Assembly: GCA_965213675.1 (NCBI GenBank)
Contig: OZ243916.1
Location: forward strand, 256,001 to 320,000
Direction of reading: 5' to 3'
Source of the DNA: an uncultured Candidatus Binatia bacterium
GTDB taxonomy: Bacteria; Desulfobacterota; Binatia; UBA9968; JAJDTQ01
DNA: 64,000 nt
Positions 45,739-54,835 of this stretch are shown here, piece after piece. The position numbers were made by a program, and so were the translations under genes. The stretch's first letter is position 1, and each line of letters starts with the position of its first letter. The notes beneath the pieces were generated by a model, which worked only from the letters and a program-made list of their open reading frames with translations, did not search any database and was not told where the DNA came from.

Positions 45739-47206
45739 TCCCGGAGGCGGGCCCGGTCTTCCCCAGGGAAAGCGAGAATCCCGGCTTGCGGATGTAGACC
45801 TGGGTGTATTCCTGCTGGCGGGTCAGCTCGTTGATGAGGCGCACCAGCGGCTGGCGGGCGCTCAGGTATTCGCGCGGCCGGCCCGCGTTCTGCAGCGCGT
45901 CCACGGCCTCGTCCCCGGCATATACGCGCATGATCAGTTCGTCGTCCGACAGGGACGGCCCGCCGATCTGAGCGCGCACTTCCTTGAGCGATGGGTCCGG
46001 CTGCTCCCAGTTCTCCCATGCCCTGGCGCGCGGGCGGCCCAGGATGCGGTCCTTCACGTCCGGGTCCATGTACTCGGCGCCCTGGCGGCCCCAGATGCCC
46101 AGTGCGTACTGAATGGACTGGTCGGTGACCTGCTTGTAACGCTCCCCCATGATGATGTTGATGGCGGCCTGGGTGCCCACGAACTGGGACAGCGGCGTCA
46201 CCATGATGGGATAGCCCCACTCGGCGCGCACCCGCGCGGCCTCTTCCAGCGCCGCCGGGAGCTTGTCTTCCATGCCCACGAGGCGGAGCTGGTGCACGAA
46301 GTTGGAGATCATCCCGCCAGGCACCTGGTGGTTGTAGATGGACTGATCGAAGGCCGCGGGCTGGCCCATGGGTAGTCCGTCGCGTTTGGCCACGAACGTG
46401 AAGTGGTCGCGCACCGGCTCCAGTTCGGCCTCGTCCACCGAAGCGGTGTGGCCCGTGGCGCGCACGTTCCGGAGCATGTTGAAGATGGAGGGCTGGGCCG
46501 AACCGTTGGCCAGCGGCGGCACACTGGTGTGGATGGTGGTCATGCCGAGCTTGATGGCTTCGAGGTAGTTGAGCGGCGCCAGGCCGTTGTTGCAGTGGGC
46601 GTGAAACTCCACCGGCGTGTCGCCGATGTTCTCCAGCACGATGGGCACCAGCGCTCGGGTGCGCTCCGGAGTCAGCATGCCGCCCACGTCCTTGAAGCAG
46701 ACGCGCCAAGGCTTCAGAGCGGCGGCTTCACGGGCTTTCTGCGCGTAGTACTCGTCGGTGTGCCGCGGCGAAATCGAGTAGATGATGTTGACCACCGCCT
46801 CCATGCCCAGCTCGCGCAGATCGTCCACTTCCTCCTTGAACACGGAGTAGTCGTTCCACGGGTTGGAGTTGCGCGTCAGCCGGATACCGCTGTCCACCAC
46901 GTGCCGGATCACCAGCTTGGCCACGGACGTGGGTTTCTTCTCCAGCCCGCCGCGGATGCTGCCGTGGAGGCGCAGGGGCGTGTGGCGCGCGCGCCGGGCG
47001 CCCTCCCGCAGCCAGTGCCACGGGTTCTCCTTGTGCTCGCGCACGTACTTCTTGATCATGGTGGCGCTGAAGAACTCCATGGACTCGAAACCCGCCCGGT
47101 CCATGTTCTCGATGGCCTCCAGCATGGCCGCGGTCCTCATGTTGTAGGCCCACAGGCTCTGGTTGCCATCGCGCAGCGTGGTGTCCACGAAAGTGACGTT
47201 GCTCAT
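45719..47206 (-). CDS. Pyruvate carboxylase beta/OadA-like carboxyltransferase (no biotinyl domain), paralog 2
   Basis: DTTLRDGNQSL, FKDVGG, FHAHCNNG, HQVPGGMISN, MVTPLSQFVG; last codons and stop lie inside the MITE. Confidence 0.88.
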   Translation of the reverse strand: MSNVTFVDTTLRDGNQSLWAYNMRTAAMLEAIENMDRAGFESMEFFSATMIKKYVREHKENPWHWLREGARRARHTPLRLHGSIRGGLEKKPTSVAKLVIRHVVDSGIRLTRNSNPWNDYSVFKEEVDDLRELGMEAVVNIIYSISPRHTDEYYAQKAREAAALKPWRVCFKDVGGMLTPERTRALVPIVLENIGDTPVEFHAHCNNGLAPLNYLEAIKLGMTTIHTSVPPLANGSAQPSIFNMLRNVRATGHTASVDEAELEPVRDHFTFVAKRDGLPMGQPAAFDQSIYNHQVPGGMISNFVHQLRLVGMEDKLPAALEEAARVRAEWGYPIMVTPLSQFVGTQAAINIIMGERYKQVTDQSIQYALGIWGRQGAEYMDPDVKDRILGRPRARAWENWEQPDPSLKEVRAQIGGPSLSDDELIMRVYAGDEAVDALQNAGRPREYLSARQPLVRLINELTRQQEYTQVYIRKPGFSLSLGKTGPASGTSVVSG

Positions 47207-47291
47207 GGATTCTTCTCCGGTCTCCGTTTTGAAAATCGCCGGTTGCCTGCCGGAAGGACGAAGGATTGCCTCGATAATTCGATAAACCCGA

Positions 47292-47314
47292 CAGACACCA
47301 CACTAGGAGCTTGC
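47292..47314. repeat. Fused termini of family B (CAGACACCACA-CTAG) and family A-like (GAGCTTGC) elements
   Basis: CAGACACCACACTAGGAGCTTGC; CTAG supplies the stop of the 47303-48802 gene. Confidence 0.6.
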
Positions 47315-48802
47315 CGCCGCGCCCGCCCCGTTGCCGGCGTCACCGTCCGCGTTCCGCCCCAGTGAAAGCGAAAACCCCGGCTTGCGGATGTACACTTGGG
47401 TGTACTCTTTCTGCCGGGTCAGTTCGTTGATGAGCCGCACCAGGGGGTGGCGCGCGCTCAGGTACTCCCGCGGCCGTCCCGCTTCCATCATGGCCTTGGC
47501 CTCGTCCACGCCGGCGTAGACCCGCAGCACGAGTTCCTCGTCCGAAACCGACGGGCCGCCCAACTGCCCGCGCAGTTCCGCCAGCGATGGCTCGGGCTGC
47601 TCCCACGCGGTCCATGCCTTGGCGCGGGGACGGCCCAGGATCTTGTCCTTGACGTCCGGGTCCATGAGTTCCGCGCCGTCGCGCCCCCAGATGCCCAGGG
47701 CGTACTGAATGGACTGGTCCGCCACTTCCTTGTAGCGCTCGCCCAGGATGACGTTGAACGCGGCTTGGGTGCCGACGAACTGGGACAGCGGCGTCACCAT
47801 GATGGGGTAGCCCCACTCGGCGCGCACCCGCGCGGCCTCTTCCAGGGCGGCCGGCAGTTTGTCCTCCATGCCCACGAGCTTGAGCTGGTGCACGAAGTTG
47901 GAGATCATGCCGCCGGGCACCTGGTGCAGGTACTGGCCGTGGTTGTATTCCACGGGCTTGCCGATGGGGAGGCCGTCGCGCCGGGCCACGTAGTTGAAGT
48001 GCTGCTCCACGGGCCGCAGCGCCTCGTCGTCCACCAGCGGCGTGTGTCCCATGGCGCGAATGTTCCGCACCATGTTGAAGATGGACGGCTGGGCCGAGGC
48101 GTTGGCCAGCGGCGGCACGCTGGTGTGGATGGTGGTCATGCCCAGCTCGATGGCTTCCATGTAGTTGAGCGGGGCGAGGCCGTTGTTGCAATGGGCGTGG
48201 AACTCCACCGGGGTGTCGCCAATGTTCTCCAGCACCAGCGGCACGAGCGCGCGGGTGCGCTCGGGGGTCAGCAGTCCGCCCACGTCCTTGAAGCAGATGC
48301 GGTAGGGCTTGAGAGCGGCGGCTTCCCGCGCCTTTTGCGCGTAATACTCGTCGGTGTGCCGCGGCGAAACCGAGTAGATCAGGTTTACCACGGTCTCCAT
48401 GCCCAGTTCCCGCAGCCCCTTCACCTCCTCGCCGAACACCTCGTAGTCGTTCCAGCAGTTGGAAGTGCGCGTCAGCGTGATGCCGCTGTCCACCACCTTC
48501 CGGATGATGAGCTTCAGGATCGACGCCGGTTTCTTCTCCAGTCCGCCCTTGAGCCCGCCGTGCAGCCGCAGCTCCGTCTTGCGCAGGCGCTTGGTGCCTT
48601 CGCGCAACCACTCCCACGGGTTCTCCTTGTGCTCGCGCACGTACTTCTTGAACATGTTGGTGACGAAGAACTCCATGGACTCGAAGCCCGCCTGGTCCAT
48701 CTGCTCCGCCGCCTCCACCATGGCCGCGGTCTTCATGTTGAGCGCCCAAAGGCTCTGGTTGCCGTCCCGCAGCGTGGTGTCGATGAAGTGAATATCGCTC
48801 AT
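47303..48802 (-). CDS. Pyruvate carboxylase beta/OadA-like carboxyltransferase (no biotinyl domain), paralog 1
   Basis: Same motifs as 45719..47206; collinear and highly similar. Confidence 0.88.
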   Translation of the reverse strand: MSDIHFIDTTLRDGNQSLWALNMKTAAMVEAAEQMDQAGFESMEFFVTNMFKKYVREHKENPWEWLREGTKRLRKTELRLHGGLKGGLEKKPASILKLIIRKVVDSGITLTRTSNCWNDYEVFGEEVKGLRELGMETVVNLIYSVSPRHTDEYYAQKAREAAALKPYRICFKDVGGLLTPERTRALVPLVLENIGDTPVEFHAHCNNGLAPLNYMEAIELGMTTIHTSVPPLANASAQPSIFNMVRNIRAMGHTPLVDDEALRPVEQHFNYVARRDGLPIGKPVEYNHGQYLHQVPGGMISNFVHQLKLVGMEDKLPAALEEAARVRAEWGYPIMVTPLSQFVGTQAAFNVILGERYKEVADQSIQYALGIWGRDGAELMDPDVKDKILGRPRAKAWTAWEQPEPSLAELRGQLGGPSVSDEELVLRVYAGVDEAKAMMEAGRPREYLSARHPLVRLINELTRQKEYTQVYIRKPGFSLSLGRNADGDAGNGAGAAASS

Positions 48803-48913
48803 GGTGTCTCCTGGAAGCAGCGTCGATATGGCTTACCATAGTGGCGTGAAAGGGAAGGCCGGTCAACTCGCGCGTCTCTGTTGGCGCAAGCGGAAGTGGC
48901 CGTCGCCACGGGC

Positions 48914-49294
48914 TCACGCGATTCTTCGTGGCGTGGCTGTCAATGAAACGTCGAGGCTCACCCGATCATAGGGTACCCGCGGAATCAAGGCGCCGCGTTT
49001 CCCTTCCTTCAGTTCCACCAAGCCATAGCGCGATATCGTCTTGAGGGTCCGCGACAGGTTCGACTTGTGTCTCCCGGAAAGTTCCGCCAACTCTGTGAGC
49101 GAGCCCGGCCGCTCCCGCGCGATCAGCGTCAAGAGCTCTCGATTGCGCTGCGAAAGCACCTTCGCGAAGCTCTCCACCGATGTGAACCACACCTTCGGCT
49201 CGCCCCTGGCGGGCTTGGTTTCACCGCGAGCAATCGCCATCGTGCGCGCCTTCACGGAGTGGGAGCCGGCGATGCCGATCTTCAATGTCTTCAT
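48914..49294 (-). CDS. HTH transcriptional regulator/antitoxin (HVO_A0114-like, usually paired with DUF6516 toxin)
   Basis: MKTLKIGIA...ARTMAIARGE...EPKVWFTSVESFAKVLS..NRELL...SLTELAELSGR.KSNLSRTLKT..RYGLVEL. Confidence 0.8.
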   Translation of the reverse strand: MKTLKIGIAGSHSVKARTMAIARGETKPARGEPKVWFTSVESFAKVLSQRNRELLTLIARERPGSLTELAELSGRHKSNLSRTLKTISRYGLVELKEGKRGALIPRVPYDRVSLDVSLTATPRRIA

Positions 49295-49298
49295 GGAA

Positions 49299-49383
49299 AC
49301 CCCAGCGTTGCAAAAGAGTTCGTGGAGAGCGATTCGAGCCACGGCCTGCGAAGCCTCATCCCCGCGGTCGGGCGCTCGGGGTC
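49299..49383. repeat. Short copy of element family C (shared with 56097-56740)
   Basis: CCCAGCGTTGCAAAAGAGTTCGTGGAGAGCGATTCGAGCCACGGCCTGCGAAGC resembles 56098 CCCAGTGTTGCAAACGTGTCGTGGAGAGCGATTCGGAAGACGGCCTACAAAGC. Confidence 0.7.
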
Positions 49384-49403
49384 AGGCACGGCACGGACAA
49401 GGG

Positions 49404-49420
49404 TTATCAGTTGCTGATAA
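49404..49420. promoter_or_regulatory. Palindromic operator TTATCAG-N3-CTGATAA between divergent genes
   Basis: Perfect 7 bp inverted repeat in an AT-rich patch upstream of the HTH gene. Confidence 0.6.
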
Positions 49421-49469
49421 TGAAGAAAAGCTGTACGTTGACCCCTCATCAGGCATGGGAGGGAACGGG

Positions 49470-50780
49470 GTGGCAGCACAGGAATCTCAACGGCTGGAGG
49501 AACGCATCGTCGCGTTGCTGCGGCATCTGGGCATCGACAGGGCCCATGTGGCGGCCTATCTTCCGGGCGACTGGAGCGGGCTGCTGGAGCGGCATCCGTC
49601 GGCGGTGGCGTCGCTGACGCTCATCTGCCCGCGCGGCATGAAGCTTGAAGCGGTGGGTCCCCACGCCGGCCGGATGATGGTGGTCACGGGGGACGGCGGC
49701 AACGAGGTGGCGGAGTTGATGGACGCCATGACAAAGCTGCCCGGCGCCGCGCTGAAGGTGCTGCGGGACTATCACAGCCCCATGTGGGCCGACATCATGG
49801 CGGATCGCGGCGTCGAGGTGGCGCGGGCCATGCTGGAATTTCTCGCGGGCCGGGAAGGGGACAGTCCCGCTCCGGCGGTGCGCCTCCGGCAGGGTGAAGA
49901 CGAGGCCGCGGGCATCTCCTGCACGGTGCGGGGTTCGGGGCCGCCGTTGCTGCTCTTCCCGCTGGCCTTGGCGCCGTCCCAATGGGAGCCGGTGCTGGCG
50001 GTGTTGGCGGAGCGCTTTACGACCATTTCCCTGGGCGGCCGCCACCTGGGCATGGTGGCTTTTCTGGAATCCCGCGCCGAGGGCTACCTGCGGGTGGTGC
50101 GCGGGGCCGTGGCGGAAGTGGGGCTCGAGCCCGGCCAACGGATCCTGGAGGTGGGCTGCGGCGCGGGCACGGTGGCGCGCTGGTTGGCCCGGCACACCGG
50201 CAAGCGCAACCCCATCGTGGGGGCGGACATCAATGGGTATCTCTTGCGCGAGGCCGCGAAGCTGGCAGAGGCCGAAGGGGTGGGCGACGTCCTCAAGCTG
50301 CGCCACGCCGACGGCCAGGCGCTGCCCTTCCCGGACGCGGACTTTGACGCCACCCTGGCGTTCACGGTCATGGAAGAGGACGACGCCGACGTCCTGCTCG
50401 CGGAGTGCGTGCGGGTCACCCGGCCGGGCGGAAAAGTGGCGGTGATCGTCCGTTCCCTGGACATGCCCTGGTGGGTCAACCTGCCGCTTCGGCCCGAACT
50501 GAAGCTCAAGGCCCAGACCGGTTACGGCGACGTGGTGGCGGCGGGGTGCGCGGACGCCAGCCTGTACCCGCGCATGGAGCGTGCGGGGCTTGCCGATGTG
50601 GTCATGATGCCCCAGTGGGCGACCTACGCCTCGGGGGAGCGGCTGCACCAGCAGCAGGAACGCATGGCCGTGCGGCTCGATCCGGAGGAAGCGAAGGAAT
50701 GGCGTCAGGCCATCGCCGCCGCCGGCAACCAGTTCTTCATCTCCCAGCCGTTCCACTCCGCGGTGGGCACGAAGGTCTGA
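49470..50780 (+). CDS. Class I SAM-dependent methyltransferase with N-terminal degenerate alpha/beta-hydrolase-like region
   Basis: ILEVGCGAG, GADIN, ADGQALPFPDADFD, RVTRPGG; N-terminal LGIDRAHV...HPSAVASLTLI and RGSGPPLLLFP; start uncertain (49455 or 49470). Confidence 0.8.
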   Translation: MAAQESQRLEERIVALLRHLGIDRAHVAAYLPGDWSGLLERHPSAVASLTLICPRGMKLEAVGPHAGRMMVVTGDGGNEVAELMDAMTKLPGAALKVLRDYHSPMWADIMADRGVEVARAMLEFLAGREGDSPAPAVRLRQGEDEAAGISCTVRGSGPPLLLFPLALAPSQWEPVLAVLAERFTTISLGGRHLGMVAFLESRAEGYLRVVRGAVAEVGLEPGQRILEVGCGAGTVARWLARHTGKRNPIVGADINGYLLREAAKLAEAEGVGDVLKLRHADGQALPFPDADFDATLAFTVMEEDDADVLLAECVRVTRPGGKVAVIVRSLDMPWWVNLPLRPELKLKAQTGYGDVVAAGCADASLYPRMERAGLADVVMMPQWATYASGERLHQQQERMAVRLDPEEAKEWRQAIAAAGNQFFISQPFHSAVGTKV

Positions 50781-50827
50781 CCCAACGGAATACGGCGTCT
50801 GCATCTCGGCGGCGCACAGGAGAAACC

Positions 50828-51685
50828 ATGGCACGAGTCGGGTGGCGGAGAAGCTTCCAAGGGTGGGGTGCGGTGCTTGGCTTGGGACTGGCGTGGATTC
50901 TGCTTGTGCCCGCGGCCCCCGCGGCAGCGGCCATGGTACAGTTGGACGGTCCTGCGATTCAGGGAGGGCTCGTGCGCGGGCGCGTGGCGCCGGGTTCCAG
51001 GGTGAAGTTCGCGGGCGAACCCGTGCGTGTCTCCGGGAAGGGCTGGTTCCTCATCGGGTTCGGACGCGATGCGGCGCCGAAGGCCGTGCTGTCGGTGGTC
51101 TTTCCGGACGGCCGGCGCGAGCGCGTCGAGCTGAGCGTCGAGAAGCGCAAGTACCGTATTCAGCGCATCGACGGGCTGCCGCCGAGAAAGGTCACGCCGG
51201 GCAGGAAGGAACTCGCGCGCATCCGCAAGGAGGTCGCTCTGGTCAAGCGGGCGCGCACCATCGACGACCCGCGCACGGACTTCCTCGGCGGCTTCCGGTG
51301 GCCCGTCAAGGGCCGCATCAGCGGGGTCTACGGCTCCCAGCGCATCCTCAACGGCGAGCCCCGGCGGCCCCACTACGGCATTGACATCGCCGCGCCCAAG
51401 GGAACCCGGGTGGTGGCGCCCGCCGGGGGCGTGGTCACGCTGGTGCATCGGGACATGTACTTTTCCGGCGGCACCCTGATCGTCGACCACGGTCACGGGC
51501 TCTCGTCCGCGTTCCTCCACCTCGCGCGTGTCCTGGTCAAGAAGGGCCAGCCCGTGAAGCAGGGACAGCCCATCGCCGAGGTCGGCTCCACCGGCCGCTC
51601 CACCGGCCCCCACCTCGACTGGCGCATCAACCTCTTCGGCCGCCGCCTCGACCCCGCGCTGCTGGTGGGTCCGATGCCGAAGTGA
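50828..51685 (+). CDS. M23 family metallopeptidase
   Basis: Signal peptide; PHYGIDIA, DHGHGLSSAFLHL, GRSTGPHLDW. Confidence 0.92.
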   Translation: MARVGWRRSFQGWGAVLGLGLAWILLVPAAPAAAAMVQLDGPAIQGGLVRGRVAPGSRVKFAGEPVRVSGKGWFLIGFGRDAAPKAVLSVVFPDGRRERVELSVEKRKYRIQRIDGLPPRKVTPGRKELARIRKEVALVKRARTIDDPRTDFLGGFRWPVKGRISGVYGSQRILNGEPRRPHYGIDIAAPKGTRVVAPAGGVVTLVHRDMYFSGGTLIVDHGHGLSSAFLHLARVLVKKGQPVKQGQPIAEVGSTGRSTGPHLDWRINLFGRRLDPALLVGPMPK

Positions 51686-51713
51686 ATCCCGGACGAAAGT
51701 GAATCCCGGACGA
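51680..51713 (+). repeat. 17 bp direct tandem duplication spanning the M23 stop codon
   Basis: AAGTGAATCCCGGACGA x2. Confidence 0.7.
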
Positions 51714-51780
51714 GAAAGGGGGCGCCGGCGACTGCGCCTGCACCCCCTCCTTCCGCACGAGGTCTTTGCCCGGGGCCGGC

Positions 51781-53022
51781 TCACCCCTCTCCCACCGCCG
51801 CTTGCCGGGTTCGGCTCGCCTCCGCGGCCGCGTGGGCCTTCTGGAAATCGGCCTCGTCGAAGTTGTAGAGGCCGGCCCCGCCCATGAAGATGGCGCCGGC
51901 GATTTCCCGTGACACGTTGTTGAGCAGGTTCGTGGAGACGTTGGGGAAGTTCGAATCGAAGTGCGGGTAGTCGGTGGAGATGCACATCCGGTCCGCGCCG
52001 ATGAGCTCCGCGGTTCCGGCGATCTCCGGCTCGCTGCCTTCCACCGCGGCCCAGCAGTTGCGCTGGAAGTATTCCCGTGGCGTCAGCGACAGGTACGGGG
52101 CGTGGGAGTCGCGGTAGTTGGCGTAGTCCCATTCGATGCGCGTCAGGATGCCGGGCACCCAGGAGTTCTGCGCTTCGAGGTAGCCCACGCGCAGCTTGGG
52201 ATGGAACTCGAACACGCCGCCGATGATCATGGCGATGAGCGCCTGCTGCATCTCGATCCAGTGACTGGCCACGTGGCGGTAGAAGCGGTTCTCGCCGTAG
52301 AGCGCGTTCATGTGGGAGTTCCACGCGCCCGTGCCCTCATGGAAACACCAGGACACGTTTAGCTCCTCGTGCAGGCTGTAAAGCGGTTCCCAGTAGTTGG
52401 AGTGCCAGAAGTGGCCGTTGACCATGTTGGGCCGGATGAACGAAGCCACGGCGCCGAGTTCCTGCACCGCCCGCTTGAGTTCGCGGCACGCGAGGTTCAC
52501 GTCATGCAACGGCAGCATGGCGGCGAACTTCATGCGCTCGGGACAGTGCTGGCAGAAGTCGTGGATCCAGTCGTTGTAGGCGCGGCTGAGGGCGTGGGAG
52601 AGGTGCGGATCCATGTGGTCCCGGGCCAGCAGGCCCAGCCCGCCGGTGGGGAAGAGGACAGCGATGTCGATGCCTTCCATCTCCATGCCCATGATCTGGG
52701 CTTCCTCGTCGTAGCCCCGCTCGATGGCGAAGTCCATGCGCCCGGTGTCCGCCAGGCGCGAGGCCGACAAGACCCCGGTGGCGGCGCCGATGACCGGCCC
52801 CGTCGCCTTGGACGAAGCGGCCCTCTTGCGATGCTGTTGCAGTTCCGAATCCGCCCCCGTGGCGAGACCGTCGATGGTCCAGGTGCGCCGGCTGACCTTC
52901 CCCTTGGCGTCCACCGCCCAGGTCACGCGGTGCTGGAACTCAGGGTCCAGGTACTTCTCCAGCAGGTTCCCGGGCTCCTGAATGTGCATGTCGCTGTCCA
53001 CGAAACGCAGGCCGTCCTTCAT
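51781..53022 (-). CDS. Amidohydrolase_2 family protein
   Basis: FVDSDMHIQEP, RAYNDWI, FHEG, GGVFEFHPKLRVGYLEA, STDYPHFD. Confidence 0.9.
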   Translation of the reverse strand: MKDGLRFVDSDMHIQEPGNLLEKYLDPEFQHRVTWAVDAKGKVSRRTWTIDGLATGADSELQQHRKRAASSKATGPVIGAATGVLSASRLADTGRMDFAIERGYDEEAQIMGMEMEGIDIAVLFPTGGLGLLARDHMDPHLSHALSRAYNDWIHDFCQHCPERMKFAAMLPLHDVNLACRELKRAVQELGAVASFIRPNMVNGHFWHSNYWEPLYSLHEELNVSWCFHEGTGAWNSHMNALYGENRFYRHVASHWIEMQQALIAMIIGGVFEFHPKLRVGYLEAQNSWVPGILTRIEWDYANYRDSHAPYLSLTPREYFQRNCWAAVEGSEPEIAGTAELIGADRMCISTDYPHFDSNFPNVSTNLLNNVSREIAGAIFMGGAGLYNFDEADFQKAHAAAEASRTRQAAVGEG

Positions 53023-53420
53023 GATCGTTCCTCCTGTGACCGCGGCCCGTGAGCGGGCCGGTCCCGTGGCGTCGATTCGCCGGTCCGATGCGTTGAATCC
53101 AACACGGTCCAACACGAACTGAGCCGACCCTATCGCAAGTGGTCGGACAGGGTCAATGAGCGCTGGCGCGCCGATGCGGGGGCGGCTGTCCGTAAAGGTG
53201 CGGCCCGCGGTCGCCCGGGATTTTCCCGCGCGTGTCGGACCCTTGAGGTTCCATGATTCGACTTCGCTGTTCCAGAACTCCGGATGGCGGGACTCTTGGA
53301 CAATGCCGCCGTTCTGTGACAGATTGATACTGATCGATTGAGAATAGGCCCGCGGCCGCCGTCTGGCGATTCCGTACGCCCGGCGCCCTACCGGTTCAAC
53401 ATTCCCACAGGAGAACCTCC

Positions 53421-54350
53421 ATGCGACCCACGCTCCAGCTTGCCCATCGCACGCGCGCTCCGATCAAGCGTCTGCTTGCCGTCGGGTGCGTGGCGCTCGC
53501 GGCCGCCGGCTGCGCCACGAGCGCGGACACGGCCCGTCTCCATCTGGTGGCCGATGCGGGCCTCGCGTACACCGCCAAGGCGCCGCGTCTCCTGGACCGG
53601 GCGTTCGAGTTGGCCGCGGCGGTGGATTCCCACGCCTTGTCGGGCGCGCGCGGCGGGCTATCCGGGGAACAGCGGCGGGACGCGCTGGAACGGTTCGACG
53701 CCGCCATGACGGAACGCCGGAAGGCCTACGACGCCGCCACGCGCCACAATGCCTTGCTGCGGTCGTACTTCGCGGCCCTGCGGACGCTGCTCAAGGCCGA
53801 TGCGCCCCAGGAAAGCGGCGCCGCCGCCAAACGGTTGGCCGCGGACCTGGGCAAACTGGCGCCGCGACTCAAGCAGGCGCGTATGGGAGACGTTTCCGTG
53901 GGCGCGTTGATCGAACCCGCCGCGACCCTCGCGGTGGCGTCTTTCCGTTCCGCCGCCCTGCGGCGCGAGTTGCAAGCGCGCGCCGCCGTCATCGAGCGTG
54001 AGCTGGCCCTTCAGGAAGCTCTGGTGGCGGCGCTGGCGCGGCAGGTGCGCGCGGACCAGGAGTTGCTGTCCGAGGTCTTCCGCAACGATGAGGTGCTGGC
54101 GCCCTACGTGAGCGCGAAGCGGTTGCCCAAGACCTGGCCGTCGCGGCGGTTGAAGAGCCTGCGCGCGCCCACCGACGTGGCCGCGGCGCAGGCCGCCGCA
54201 CGGGCCGTCCGCGCACTGCGGAAGGCCTACGTCGCGGCCGTCGAAGCGCGCCTCGACGCTGGCCGGGCCGCCGAACTCGCCACCACCGTCGAGGGCTTTG
54301 TCGAGCTCGTGTCGCGCCTCGGCGCCGAGGCAGGGAGGGCCGTCCGATGA
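53421..54350 (+). CDS. Hypothetical all-helical lipoprotein
   Basis: Lipobox LAAAGC; RBS AGGAG; long Ala/Arg/Leu amphipathic helices; host-like codon usage. Confidence 0.7.
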   Translation: MRPTLQLAHRTRAPIKRLLAVGCVALAAAGCATSADTARLHLVADAGLAYTAKAPRLLDRAFELAAAVDSHALSGARGGLSGEQRRDALERFDAAMTERRKAYDAATRHNALLRSYFAALRTLLKADAPQESGAAAKRLAADLGKLAPRLKQARMGDVSVGALIEPAATLAVASFRSAALRRELQARAAVIERELALQEALVAALARQVRADQELLSEVFRNDEVLAPYVSAKRLPKTWPSRRLKSLRAPTDVAAAQAAARAVRALRKAYVAAVEARLDAGRAAELATTVEGFVELVSRLGAEAGRAVR

Positions 54351-54682
54351 CCCCGACGGAAATCCGTGGAAAGACGCTGTCCGAGTTGCGCAAGGCGCGG
54401 AAGGACATGATGTCCGCCGAATGGCTCGCCGCGGTCGAGGACTTCCCGGAAGCCGACCGCACCGCCGCCGCCCTGGCGCTGCTGGACGTCTGCCTGGCCG
54501 TTCGCCGGCTGGAGAACACACGCGTCGCGTCCATCCGCCAGAAACTCGCCGACAATGGAACGGACCTCGAACGCGGTGTCCAGGCACTTGAACGGGCGAG
54601 CAAGAGGCTCCGCCGCACGGAAGCCTACCTCAAGGCCGTCGCCTTGCTGGTTTCCACGTTGGCCAAGGTGCTCAAGCCGTAA
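54347..54682 (+). CDS. Hypothetical small coiled-coil protein, translationally coupled to lipoprotein
   Basis: ATGA overlap and RBS GGGAGG; helical sequence. Confidence 0.65.
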   Translation: MTPTEIRGKTLSELRKARKDMMSAEWLAAVEDFPEADRTAAALALLDVCLAVRRLENTRVASIRQKLADNGTDLERGVQALERASKRLRRTEAYLKAVALLVSTLAKVLKP

Positions 54683-54835
54683 TCGCAGGGGCGGGCGGCA
54701 ACCACCTGCGACGTTGGAATCGTGTCTCCCAGGAGTCTGCCGTGATCGTGGCCGATTCCGACCGACCGGACTATGCTTGCCGCGTAGTCGGTTCCAGTGA
54801 CGCGACACGTTGTCCCATTCGCGATGCCAGCGGCC

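Noticed and set aside
49291-49479. 62 aa ORF overlapping the antitoxin start as a possible toxin
   Set aside because: It runs through the palindrome and the family C repeat and shows no toxin-like sequence
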